Shown here: in pieces, positions 1-9,948 of the stretch
How the letters are laid out: each line of letters begins with the position of its first letter
Position numbering within the stretch: the stretch's first letter is position 1
Origin: Candidatus Latescibacterota bacterium
Lineage (GTDB): Bacteria; Latescibacterota; UBA2968; UBA8231
Direction: 5' to 3'
Assembly (NCBI GenBank): GCA_963422735.1
Contig: OY730476.1
Location: 4,889,053-4,953,052, forward strand
Length of the DNA: 64,000 bases
Translations under genes and position numbers: made by a program
The notes under the pieces: model-generated
The model's input: the letters and a program-made list of their open reading frames with translations, nothing else
Told to the model about the DNA's origin: nothing
The model's database searches: none

Positions 1-769
1 CAAGATCGGTCCTAAGCCGAGGAGAAACGAGGAGCAGGAATGTCTGGTAGAGCTAAAAACCGTGCGCTTTACCTCGAGATCTCCGAGATCACCTACTTCT
101 TTTTTGATACCCTTGCTGGTATTGGCCCCTTGGGCAAAGGCTTGCACTACCTTCAAGTTTTGGTAAGTCTCCACGAAACAGGCTGTGAGGCGACTTCTGC
201 GCTCGGTGGCCATTTGGGTGTATTCTAAGAGCTTGGCTTGGGTAAATTTTGCTATTGCATAAAAAAAAGGGAGTCCAACCACGCAGATAAAGAACAGCTT
301 CAGATTCATCCATCCCAGAATGCCCACAATAATCGCCAATCGCAACCCATTTCTTACTACATTTAACAACGTTTGGGTCAGGACCTTCTGAACATTGCCG
401 CAGTCTGTCATCGTCCGGTACGAAAGGTCAGCGGCGTTAAAGTCGCGTAGATTGAAGTACGGTATCTCTATTTTTTTTTGCGAGTTCGCCGCGCAACTTC
501 AGCATGATGTTTCTGCCAATATGGGCACTCAGCAGGCGAGAGAGTACGGATAGCACCAACCGCACTACCATCAGACCGAACATGCAGAATACGATCCAGA
601 CCAGTAGCTCGCCATTGCGCTCTAGAAGTACCTTGTCAATCAGCGCCTTGGTTAATAGAGGCGAAACGAGTACCGCTGCTATAGACATGCAACTGAGGGT
701 CAAGGCCAAGAGCTGGAGCTGCCACTCCCAGCCGATGTACTTGAAGTACGGGGTTAGCACGCTGAGCAA
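1..769 (-). pseudogene. ABC exporter (type IV) transmembrane domain, frameshifted; continues off left edge
   Basis: ORF 437-769 (PLLTKALIDKVL...NIMLKLRGELAKK) continues in another frame after the T9 run at 471-479 as IEIPYF...GDL-like AADLSYRM...VETYQNLKVVQAF, typical of exporter TMDs. Removing one A restores the frame. Start codon uncertain. Confidence 0.8.
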
Positions 770-856
770 GTTCGCGTTTTTCTTAAACTTTATGGCATAG
801 CCCCGTGTGGTACTTCTTTCACCAATCGCACACTATTATCGTGCGGGTTGTAGCAG

Positions 857-1777
857 TCAGATCCGTTCTGAGGCGGGGCAGGATGAGATACCAGAGAAAG
901 TCTTATACGTAAAAAGCTCAAATAATATCCCACACAGCGCATAATGGTCCGTTTCTTGGGTGAATTGATCAAACCGCAAAATCTGCTCAACAGGCGCATA
1001 GGCAGGACTGAACTTCCCCGTTTTGTACTCTTTCTCCGCTGGGTGGGGATCTCCAGCCGTTACCGTCGTCTCGAAATCGACAAGCGTTACCCCTAGCTCG
1101 CTCAGACCAACAGAAAACGGATTTCGTGGACACACCATGACATTGCCGGGGTTAAGATCGAGAAAGACCTTGCCCTTAGCGTGTAACAAGCGGAGAGCCT
1201 CCGTCAGCTTGGCCGCTACCCACAACTTCATATCGAGGGTCAGTTCTTGCGGATACTGGTCTCTGCTAGGTATCAGATAGAACTTATGCAGGGACTTGCC
1301 TTCGACGAATTCGTACACGTAATACTGGATCTTGTAGCGAGTAGGGACTATGCCTTTGCAATAGTACTTAACCGCCACCCCCTTTTCGACGGGTTTCGCG
1401 AAACTTTCGTGTTCCAAGTCTCGGGCGACATTGAACTCATTGTCGCAAAAGGCCCTGTCGGCCAGCCGAGTCCGCGAACCTACTCTGTCCCCACTTTCTG
1501 TCTCTATATCGCCTAGGAGGCCGATATCTTGGCCCGGCAGGACGTATTTTACGAATACCTGCTTTCCCGTCAGGATATCTCGGGCCGCGAGGATATTAGA
1601 ACGGCTTGGAGAAGGCCGCTCGGGAGAGAGCCTGTATTTCCCGATCCGGCGAATTGGACGCCTCCTTGCTGGCACGACTCTCGGCTCGAGGACGCAGATA
1701 GGCATGCTGCGGAAAATCCACTTTGCACATTGGCGGATGTACCTGCTGATTTCCATGTTAGCCTCCTCTATGGGCAA
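857..1777 (-). CDS. Ser/Thr protein kinase-like protein with LanKC-like motifs
   Basis: VFVK, YEFVEG, HAKGKVFLDLNPGN, DFE, YAPVEQ and DHYAL kinase subdomain motifs. Confidence 0.75.
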   Translation of the reverse strand: MPIEEANMEISRYIRQCAKWIFRSMPICVLEPRVVPARRRPIRRIGKYRLSPERPSPSRSNILAARDILTGKQVFVKYVLPGQDIGLLGDIETESGDRVGSRTRLADRAFCDNEFNVARDLEHESFAKPVEKGVAVKYYCKGIVPTRYKIQYYVYEFVEGKSLHKFYLIPSRDQYPQELTLDMKLWVAAKLTEALRLLHAKGKVFLDLNPGNVMVCPRNPFSVGLSELGVTLVDFETTVTAGDPHPAEKEYKTGKFSPAYAPVEQILRFDQFTQETDHYALCGILFELFTYKTFSGISSCPASERI

Positions 1778-1803
1778 TCGCAGTAAGTTCTTGCGTGCAT
1801 CCG

Positions 1804-2484
1804 TTAGCGCGACGCATCAGCGACCACTCTTTTCGATGCACAGCCAGCCAAGAAACGGCGACGGCTCTCCTCTAGATCGTCGGCGTCTTGCTCGACCATC
1901 AAATCGCCGATGTACCCCGAACTATCGACGCAGAGCATGACACCATAGATTTCCCTCGATCCGAGCAATTGTAGTAACGATTCCGGCACGTGCTTCTTTT
2001 CTACCGTGACAGGTTTTCTTTTCGGAGCGTACGAGTTGCTTATTTCGAGCACCTTGATCAGGCTCTCTTCCCCTTCAAATGCGCCGATGTAGAGTGGCTC
2101 GTTCCCAATCCCCATATCGCTTTGCCCCGCGTACCAGTATCCAAACATATCGGCATAACAAGCACTGCATTTCGCCTTGTCGTCGAATAGCATAATTATA
2201 TCGCCGTCTCGCTGGATAAAATCTCCTAGGCGAACTACCTCTATTCCCTGTCGAATAGGCAACTCGCCCAAAGCTAGTCCCAGTACCTGCTCGCCCGCGA
2301 TTGCTAAGGCGACTTCCCTCTTTAACCCCTCAATCTCGTGCCGGCGCTCGTCCCTACCTTGGTTCTTGCCAACGAAGAAAGACATCCCTATGGCCAAGGT
2401 CGCTAGCAGCACAACGGCCAACCGTCTGATATGTCTCATAACTCGCTCCTTGTTGTTAGAATTAACCATTGTTCGCGATCCCAA
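1804..2484 (-). CDS. membrane-anchored protein, possible thioredoxin-like fold
   Basis: N-terminal hydrophobic helix; IIMLF..KCSAC CxxC motif after a beta strand. Confidence 0.5.
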   Translation of the reverse strand: MGSRTMVNSNNKERVMRHIRRLAVVLLATLAIGMSFFVGKNQGRDERRHEIEGLKREVALAIAGEQVLGLALGELPIRQGIEVVRLGDFIQRDGDIIMLFDDKAKCSACYADMFGYWYAGQSDMGIGNEPLYIGAFEGEESLIKVLEISNSYAPKRKPVTVEKKHVPESLLQLLGSREIYGVMLCVDSSGYIGDLMVEQDADDLEESRRRFLAGCASKRVVADASR

Positions 2485-2493
2485 ATCGCACTG

Positions 2494-2724
2494 TTAGGCA
2501 TCCGAGACTGCGATTCTGTACACCTTTACGACTGGATCGGCTAGGTTGCCAGAATCGTCGATGTAGGGCTTTTGCCGCATATAGAGCAGACCTTCGTCAG
2601 CAATGCCTACCAACCAGCCATAATCGGGATCAATGCGGCCGATTCGTCTGAATTGGTCGTCATATACCAGATAATAGCCGAATCCCTCACCTTCCTCCTT
2701 CATCTCTTCAGTCTCAGGAGCCAC
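2494..2724 (-). pseudogene. 3' remnant of a beta-propeller-like exported protein
   Basis: YYLVYD...GRI...GLLYM...PVVKVYRI C-terminus; in-frame TAA just upstream of the GTG. Confidence 0.35.
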
Positions 2725-2750
2725 GACGAGTACGAATTACCTTCCCGACA

Positions 2751-3044
2751 GGCCCGTCGCTACTGTCCGCTGATGATACAGAGGTGTCCGCTGGCGTACA
2801 CCGGAGAGCGGCTTCTGCGTCTGCTGAGGCTGTCCGCCATTATCGGTCGCGTACGCCCACAGCCGCGCGCCCTAGGCTCTATGGGATGTGTACGCCAACA
2901 CTCTGAACAGGAGACAACACCCTGCTAGATTTATTGACTTTAGGGTACGGACTGGTTATCAGTCTATCAGACAGAATGAGTCGAATTGCCATCCTCGCCG
3001 GCCCAGTGCTACTATCCGCTGGTGATACCCTACCGTCCGCTGGC
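2751..3044. repeat. two degenerate ~45-bp direct repeats (2751-2795, 3000-3044), each with two TCCGCTG units, plus an internal inverted repeat
   Basis: ggcccgtcgctactgtccgctgatgatacagaggtgtccgctggc vs ggcccagtgctactatccgctggtgataccctaccgtccgctggc; tggcgtacac (2792-2801) is the reverse complement of gtgtacgcca (2888-2897). Confidence 0.7.
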
Positions 3045-3129
3045 TTTGGAGGATGGTTAGCGAGAGCTAATGCCCGGATATGATGTTGCTAATGAACCGG
3101 AACTACTATATCGTATCAGGATATCGCGG

Positions 3130-3294
3130 GTGAGGCATCCAAAGAAGGAAATTGAGGAGGTGCTAGTAAGCGCAGAATCGGTAGGATGGACGGTCACGAC
3201 TACAAAATCTGGTCATCGGTGGGGTGTGATGCGATGTGCGGAATCCAGTCGTCCAGGATGTCAGTACTCTATCTGGTCCACACTTGGTGCGTAA
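3130..3294 (+). pseudogene. HicA-like toxin, truncated
   Basis: RHPKKEIEEVLVSAESVGWTV...SGHRWGVMRC...C.YSIWST followed by an early stop. Confidence 0.5.
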
Positions 3295-3331
3295 ATGCCC
3301 GCACAGGAGTAAGCCGTAAGGAGAACGCGAG

Positions 3332-3676
3332 ATGCAAATCTACCACTTTACGCCGATTGTCGAGGGGCCCGACATGCAGGATGAGGTCGTGATCGATGCG
3401 CTCTTCGAGAATGGCTGTGACGACGGAACGGTCGGCCGATCAGATGATGTTCAGTTTATCGTTTTCGACCGCGAAGCGGCGAGTCTTGTCGAGGCGGTGC
3501 GGTCGGCGATCGACGACATTGAGCTAAAGGTCGTTCAGACTGCCGGCACCGACTTGACTTCCAGTTGCGGCCTTACGGATCGCATCGAAGCAGAGCATTC
3601 CGAGATACATCGGTTCATAGCATCTACTAATGCGACCAGCGAAAAAAAGACGACCGGTGCCTCTGTGGAACACTAG
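3332..3676 (+). CDS. HicB-like antitoxin N-terminal domain, probably lacking the C-terminal HTH
   Basis: YHFT.IV...DALFENGCDDGTV...FDREAASLVEAVRSAIDDIE; follows the toxin-like ORF. Confidence 0.55.
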   Translation: MQIYHFTPIVEGPDMQDEVVIDALFENGCDDGTVGRSDDVQFIVFDREAASLVEAVRSAIDDIELKVVQTAGTDLTSSCGLTDRIEAEHSEIHRFIASTNATSEKKTTGASVEH

Positions 3677-3799
3677 GCCGAGTTCAAGCCTTCGACCGGG
3701 CCGATCTATTGTACAAATCTGTCAATCGCAGCGAACGAATCAACTCCTTAGCCGGCCCAGCACTACGGCCTGTCGGCGATATACCGGAGAGCAGCTCCC

Positions 3800-5175
3800 A
3801 TGTCTGCTGAGGCCGCCCGCATCCTCGTCGTGGACGACGACCAAGACATCCTCGTCGCCGTACGCTTGCTCCTCAAGCAGCAGGGCTACCAAGTCCGCAC
3901 CGAGACCGATCCCCAGGCCATTCCGAGTGCCCTCAAGCAGGAGTCGCCGGCAGTCGTCCTCCTCGACATGAACTTCACTCAAGAGGCAACCAGCGGCCGG
4001 GAGGGCTTCTACTGGCTCCAGCAAGTTCGCGAGCTGGACCCGACCGCCGTCGTCTTGCTGATCACCGCATACGGCGATGTCGAGATGGCCGTGCGCGCCA
4101 TCAAGGAGGGGGCCGTCGATTTTGTGCTCAAACCCTGGCAAAACGAGAAGCTGCTGGCCACGCTGTCCGCGGCCATGGAATTGCACCGCTCGCGCCGGGA
4201 AGCCCACCGCCTGCGCTCCCGCCAGCAGCGGCTGTCCGCGGACCTCGACCAGCCCTTTGGCGACCTCATCGGCGAGGCCCCAGTCCTACAGGAGGTTTTC
4301 CAGGCGACGGTCAAGGTGGCCGCCACCGACGCCAGCGTCCTCATCCTCGGCGAGAACGGCACGGGCAAAGAGCTGGTGGCGCGCGAGATACACCGCCGCT
4401 CGGCGCGCACCGGCGAAGTCTTCATCGCCGTCGATATGGGATCCCTGAGCGAGACCCTGTTTGAGAGCGAACTCTTCGGCCACGTCAAAGGGGCCTTCAC
4501 CGACGCCCGCAGCGACCGCGCTGGCCGCTTTGAAATTGCCTCCGGGGGCACCCTGTTCCTCGACGAGATTGGCAACCTGCCCCTAGCCTTGCAAGTCAAG
4601 CTGCTCGCGGCCCTGCAAAACCAGCAGGTCGTCCGCGTCGGTGCCAACCAACCCGTGCCCGTGGATGTGCGCCTTATATGCGCCACCAACCAACCCATCC
4701 ACGAAATGGCCACAGCCGGCACCTTCCGCCAAGACCTCCTCTACCGCATCAACACCGTGGAAATCCACCTGCCCCCCTGCGCGAGCGCCCCGAGGATATC
4801 GCGCTGTTGGCGCGTCACTTCCTCGACTTATACCGGACCAAGTACCGCAAGGCCCTGACCGGCCTGGCCGCCGAGACCCTCGCCCACTTGCGCGCATACG
4901 CTTGGCCGGGCAATGTGCGAGAATTGCAGCACGCAGTGGAGCGCGCCGTCATCATGAGCGAAGGGAACCGACTGACTGCCGACGATTTTCCCCTGACCGC
5001 GGCCCCAGCGTCTGGAGAAGCTATCGGCTTTGACAGCTATAACCTCGAAGACGTTGAGCGCGAGGTCATCGCTCGGGTGCTGCACAAGCGGCAAGGCAAC
5101 GTCAGCCAAACCGCACGGGAACTCGGACTGACTCGCACGGCCCCCTACCGCCGCATGGAGAAATATGGACTGTGA
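3800..5175 (+). pseudogene. sigma-54-dependent NtrC-family response regulator, single frameshift (may be a sequencing error)
   Basis: Receiver domain (VVDDD, LLDMN, KPW), AAA+ domain (GENGTGKE, GAFTDA, LFLDEIG). Frame shifts at the C6 run 4772-4777 (LPPLRER needs C7), then WPGNVREL and a Fis-type HTH. Confidence 0.9.
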
Positions 5176-5388
5176 GAAGCCTTCCCGGTGGGAAGCAACA
5201 GCCCTTGGAGGTAGAAATCGCACGTCCGAACTTTTTAGCGGAACTCGCCCTCTTTCTATTCGGCAGATCGGGGCATTGAGAGTACATTTGGGCATTCCAG
5301 CGGATTTACTGCTGGGCCTTTCAGCGTAATCAACGGCTGCAACTCGAAAATCCCGCACAGTCCTCTACCGCCGCATGGAGAAATATGG
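5145..5388 (+). repeat. 24-bp perfect direct repeat (5145-5168 and 5365-5388) duplicating the regulator 3' end around a ~196-bp insert
   Basis: ctaccgccgcatggagaaatatgg occurs twice; both copies are followed by a Leu codon and a stop. Confidence 0.9.
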
Positions 5389-6749
5389 CCTTTAAGGGCG
5401 TTCTACATCGCCTAATACAAGGCGCTCGCGCCTTCCGCACGCGGGTCGTGCTGCGCGTTGTTTTTCTTGGCATCACCTTGTGGCTGCTGCTTTACATCAT
5501 AATAGCAAAAGGAATAAACCATCCGGCTGTTCTCATCGTCGTCGGCCTCGTCCTGCTCTACCAACTCTACGCCCTCGTGCATTACGTCGAGCGCACCAAT
5601 CGCGATCTAGTGCGCTTTTTGAACGCCATCCGCTACGCCGATTTCTCGCAGACCTTTGTCTCCGGTGGCTTTGGCTCCTCTTTCGACGAACTCAAAACCG
5701 CGTTCAACGAGGTCCTTGACGCCTTTCGCCAAGCGCGGGCCGAAAAGGAAGAACAAGCGCGCTACCTGCAAACCGTGGTGCAGCACATTGGCGTCGGCTT
5801 GATCGCGTTCGACAACGCTGGCGAGGTGTCGCTGATCAACAACGCGGCTAAGCGCCTTTTTAGGGTGCCCCGCCTCGGCCACATCGCCGACCTCGACCGC
5901 GTCAATCCCATCCTAGCCACCACCCTACGAAGCCTCGGTCCCCGGGACCGCGATCTAGTGAGTTTGGAAGAGGTCCGACTCGCCCTGCACGCATCGGTGT
6001 TCCGTCTAGGCGACCGCAAGCACACCCTAGTAGCACTCTACGACATTGGCCCCGATCTCGACGAAAAGGAAATGGAGGCTTGGCAAAACCTGATCCGCGT
6101 ACTCACCCACGAGATCATGAATTCCATCACCCCCATCGCTTCGCTGGCTGCCACCGCGGATGGAATGCTAAAAGACGACGCCCTCGATGCCGAAACCACC
6201 GAAGACGTCCGCATCGCGGTGAGCACCATCCAGCGCCGCAGCGAGGGCCTGCTGCACTTTGTCGAGGCCTACCGCGACCTCACCCGCGTACCAGCGCCCT
6301 CCTTTGGGATTGTCTCGGTGGCCGGTCTGTTCGCCCGAGTGGAACAGCTACTGCGGCCCCAGTTCGCCGAGTCCGCGGTCGAGTTGTACATCCAAGTCGA
6401 TCCACCCAGCCTCGAACTGACCGCCGACCCCGAGCAAGTCGAGCAGATTCTCATCAATCTATTGAGTAATGCCCGCGAAGCCACCGCCGGCTGCGCCGGA
6501 GCCCGCGTTGATTTGACCGCTCATCTAGAGCACGACAAGGTCGTCGTCGAGGTCGCGGACAATGGGTCCGGCATCGTCGAAGAAGCACTCGGCAAGGTGT
6601 TCATTCCCTTTTTCACGACCAAGCGGGACGGCTCCGGCATTGGGCTGAGCCTGTGCCGCCAGATCATGCGGCTCCACCGAGGGTCCATCTCCGCTCGCTC
6701 GGAGCCGGGGGTGCGGACGGTATTTGCCTTGCGGTTTAGAAAGGATTAG
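5385..6749 (+). CDS. sensor histidine kinase (2 TM, PAS-like, HisKA, HATPase)
   Basis: LTHEIMNS H-box, NLLSNA N-box, DNGSG, FFTTK, GSGIGL. Confidence 0.92.
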   Translation: MAFKGVLHRLIQGARAFRTRVVLRVVFLGITLWLLLYIIIAKGINHPAVLIVVGLVLLYQLYALVHYVERTNRDLVRFLNAIRYADFSQTFVSGGFGSSFDELKTAFNEVLDAFRQARAEKEEQARYLQTVVQHIGVGLIAFDNAGEVSLINNAAKRLFRVPRLGHIADLDRVNPILATTLRSLGPRDRDLVSLEEVRLALHASVFRLGDRKHTLVALYDIGPDLDEKEMEAWQNLIRVLTHEIMNSITPIASLAATADGMLKDDALDAETTEDVRIAVSTIQRRSEGLLHFVEAYRDLTRVPAPSFGIVSVAGLFARVEQLLRPQFAESAVELYIQVDPPSLELTADPEQVEQILINLLSNAREATAGCAGARVDLTAHLEHDKVVVEVADNGSGIVEEALGKVFIPFFTTKRDGSGIGLSLCRQIMRLHRGSISARSEPGVRTVFALRFRKD

Positions 6750-6985
6750 CGAGTGTGGTCGTAGAGTATTGTAGTTCTACTTCGCTGCGAATTGACCGTT
6801 GGATTATGGGCGAGGATATCGGAGAGTATCAGTTAGTCTGGTTCTCGACCGTCGCCATTGGGTCCCTAGGCTGATAGCACTCGACCTTGATCCGGGATCC
6901 GGCATTCGCCTCTGCGCGCTTGCGCCAAATCGTACGAGATCTGCTAACGCAGCCAGAATTCGGCATTGGACCAGCTCGCCTTCTC

Positions 6986-7130
6986 CAGCCGCATGTCCAT
7001 TCAGTACGCGCGAAAGCGTGTGACGGGCCACGCCCAACCCCTTCGCCGCCTCGGTGACGTTCAGATAGAGCGGAGCCAAGCAATTCTCCTTGAGACTACG
7101 GCCAGGATGTGGTGGATTCTTCATAGCCAT
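6986..7130 (-). pseudogene. higA: HigA-family antitoxin fragment
   Basis: [45 protein letters not shown], after which similarity is lost. Confidence 0.75.
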
Positions 7131-7238
7131 GATTTCTGATTCCAAGTCGATGCCGTAAAGCGAAAGATGATCCACCGGTTGACGGAAGTTGCGCGAACGG
7201 TCATCGCCGTCAATCCCGTATCCGAATTCTCGATTCCT

Positions 7239-7390
7239 CCGCGATCCAAAGCTGGAACGCAGGTCTATCGCTATAAGCAACTCATCGGCGACAAGCGGAA
7301 GGCGCGTATCTGGGCTAACCAACAGGTCGAAAGTCAGTTGGACTGTGCGATCCTCAATCGAGTGATCCATCTGGGCTAACCCGAGTCCTA
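7239..7390 (+). mobile_element. IS5-family (IS903-like) transposase C-terminal remnant
   Basis: [22 protein letters not shown]...[19 protein letters not shown] matches the IS5/IS903 C-terminus; catalytic Glu replaced by Gly. Confidence 0.7.
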
Positions 7391-7600
7391 TGTGGGAGAA
7401 AAATCAACTGACAAATAAACAACATTCGAGAACGATACCTGTGATATTTTTTGATACGAAGAGATATATTAGTGTGACATCTGCAATCAACACTGTGGCG
7501 ACGGGTATCTTAGGTGATTCATTGCGACAATTTCGCAAGATCAACAGACGTTGCCACATTCACGGCGGACCGCTTCCAAGCCACGTCGTGCTATCGCTCA

Positions 7601-8776
7601 TCAATGGTGAAAGAGCCGCACCCCCGAATTAATCATCAGCATTCCGTATTTGTCTGCTGCCTCGATTACCAGATCATCCCGCGTTGACCCGCCAGTTTGG
7701 ACTAGATACTCCACACCTGAACGCTGCACTCGGTCGATATTGTCGCGGAAGGGAAAAAAGGCGTCTGAACTAAGCGCCACGCCCTTGAGCCGGTTCAACC
7801 ATGCTCGCTTCTCCTCGGCGCTGAGTCGTTGTGGAACCTCGCGGAAGTTGGCTTCCCAAGCCCTGAGTTCGGCCGGGGTGACATCGTCTTGCAGGTAGAT
7901 GTCGATGGCGTTGGTTTTTTCCGGGCGTTTGAGGCCCTTGGCGAATTTCATGTTTAAGACTTTGGGGTGCAGGCGCAGGTACCAGTTGTCGGCCTTGGCG
8001 CACGCCAAGCGCACGCAGTGGACGCGCGACTGCTGGCCGGCACCGGTGCCGATGACTTGGCCGTCGCAGGCTAGGCACACTGAGTTGGATTGGGTGTACT
8101 TGAGGGCGATAGTCGCTACTGTCAGGTCGCGGCGGGCGCTAGCCGACAAGTCTTTGCGGGCAGTGACGATGTTGTGGAAAAATGCGTCGTCGGGAATAAA
8201 ATCATTGCGTTGCTGTGCGAGTTGGACGCCGAATATCTGGCGCTGATCGGTCGCGTCAGGCGCGTAGTCTGGGTCAATTTGCAGGATGGGGTACTGACCT
8301 CCCTTTTTCTTTTTTAAGATCTCTAGGGCCTCTCGCTCGTAGCCGGGGGCGATGATTCCGTCGGAGACCTCGACGCGGATGAGATCGGCCGTGGAGAAAT
8401 CGACCACATCGCTTAGGGCGATCCAGTCGCCAAAGGAGGCGAGGCGGTCGGCACCACGGGCGCGGGCGTAAGCCGTGCCCAGCGGGCTGAGAACGCGGTC
8501 GGCGACGAAGTAGGATGCGCTCAGGGTTTCGTCGAGCGGTGCAGCAACGGCAGCACCCGCCGGGGAGACGTGTTTGAACGAGGCGGCAGCCGGCAGGCCG
8601 AGGGCGCGTTTGAGATCGCGGACGAGCTGCCAAGCGTTGAGTGCGTCCATGAGGTTGATGTAGCTAGGAGCGGCGTTGAGCGGCTCGATGGGCAGGTCGC
8701 GGCCATCGGCCATAAAACAGCGGGCTGCTGCTTGGTGGGGGTTGCATCCGTAGCGCATGTCGATTGTAGCGGGCAT
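7601..8776 (-). CDS. purH: AICAR transformylase (short PurH lacking the IMP cyclohydrolase domain)
   Basis: RYGCNPHQ, SFKHVSPAG, KYTQSNSV, GAGQQSR, SDAFFPF, RLFHH. Confidence 0.93.
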   Translation of the reverse strand: MPATIDMRYGCNPHQAAARCFMADGRDLPIEPLNAAPSYINLMDALNAWQLVRDLKRALGLPAAASFKHVSPAGAAVAAPLDETLSASYFVADRVLSPLGTAYARARGADRLASFGDWIALSDVVDFSTADLIRVEVSDGIIAPGYEREALEILKKKKGGQYPILQIDPDYAPDATDQRQIFGVQLAQQRNDFIPDDAFFHNIVTARKDLSASARRDLTVATIALKYTQSNSVCLACDGQVIGTGAGQQSRVHCVRLACAKADNWYLRLHPKVLNMKFAKGLKRPEKTNAIDIYLQDDVTPAELRAWEANFREVPQRLSAEEKRAWLNRLKGVALSSDAFFPFRDNIDRVQRSGVEYLVQTGGSTRDDLVIEAADKYGMLMINSGVRLFHH

Positions 8777-8896
8777 AGTTTCTCCTCGACGAAGCCATTT
8801 GACAAAAGTTGAGGTGGCATATTATGTTGGGCAATCGCGCAAAAAACAATCGCCAATCAACCCCTTTCTGACAAGCCAAGGCGAGGTAAAAGGACC

Positions 8897-9934
8897 ATGT
8901 TCAAAGGTTGTAGTACGGCCCTAGTGACGCCCATGAGCGCAGACGGCAGCATTGACTACGGCGGTTTGGAACAACTCGTGGAATTCCAAATTGCCAACAA
9001 TATCCAAGCCGTACTCGCGGTCGGAACGACAGGCGAAAGCCCGACCCTGCTATGGGAGGAGCACAACGGAGTCATAGATCGCACGGTCGCGCTGGCCAAG
9101 GGGCGCACCCTATCGATTGCTGGCACGGGCAGCAACTCCACCAAGGAAACCTTGGCGGGCAGCGAGCACGCCGCCCACATCGGCGCGGACGCCGTGCTTT
9201 TGGTCGATCCCTACTACAATGGGCCTAGCTCCTTGGAAATCCGCCGCGAATACGTCGAGCCGGTGGCGCGGGCTTATCCCGAGGTGCAGATCATCCCCTA
9301 TATCATTCCCGGGCGCACCGGCTGCATGATGCAGGTGGAAGATTTGGCCATCCTCGCCCACCAGTATCCCAACGTGGCCCAAGTCAAAGAGGCGACCGGC
9401 GACTTGGACAACATGGCCAAGACGCGCCGGCTCTGCGGCGACGATTTTACCATTCTCTCGGGCGATGACGACAAGACCGTGGCCATGATGAAGAGCAAGG
9501 ATATCCGGGCCGCTGGTGTCATCTCGGTGATGTCCAATGTCATTCCGGGTCCCATCCAGCGGCTCACCGAGCTGCTCAACGCGGGCGAGGAGGATGAGGC
9601 CGATAGTTTGGCTGAGAAGCTGGCACCGCTTTTTGGCATAGTCGGCGTTGCGACCACTGAACAGAGTACTTATGGCCCTGTCGAGTGCAAGGCGCGCAAC
9701 CCGGTGCCGATTAAGACGCTGATGAACATCCTCGGCATGCCGGCTGGGCCGGTGCGGCAGCCGTTGGGCAAGATGACGCACGCGGGCGCGCAAACGGTGC
9801 TGGGGGCCGCGCGCCAAGTACACGCCAATGACTCAACGGCTTTTGCGCCGGTCGCCGAGTTTTTCGGAGTGGATGTGGAAGCGCGTCTGCACGACGACTC
9901 GCTGGTCGAGTGCGCGGTGTATCCATCGTATTAA
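8897..9934 (+). CDS. dapA: 4-hydroxy-tetrahydrodipicolinate synthase
   Basis: TALVTP, GTTGES, PYYN, VKEATG, SGDD, NPVPIK; adjacent to dapB. Confidence 0.93.
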   Translation: MFKGCSTALVTPMSADGSIDYGGLEQLVEFQIANNIQAVLAVGTTGESPTLLWEEHNGVIDRTVALAKGRTLSIAGTGSNSTKETLAGSEHAAHIGADAVLLVDPYYNGPSSLEIRREYVEPVARAYPEVQIIPYIIPGRTGCMMQVEDLAILAHQYPNVAQVKEATGDLDNMAKTRRLCGDDFTILSGDDDKTVAMMKSKDIRAAGVISVMSNVIPGPIQRLTELLNAGEEDEADSLAEKLAPLFGIVGVATTEQSTYGPVECKARNPVPIKTLMNILGMPAGPVRQPLGKMTHAGAQTVLGAARQVHANDSTAFAPVAEFFGVDVEARLHDDSLVECAVYPSY

Positions 9935-9948
9935 TCGAGGATAGAGCG

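Noticed and set aside
6804-7370. 188-aa ORF as an intact gene
   Set aside because: Chimera of antisense IS5 remnant, HigA fragment and unrelated sequence.
7601-8776. PurH lacking the cyclohydrolase domain as a novelty
   Set aside because: A stand-alone ~390-aa AICAR transformylase form is already known in other bacteria.
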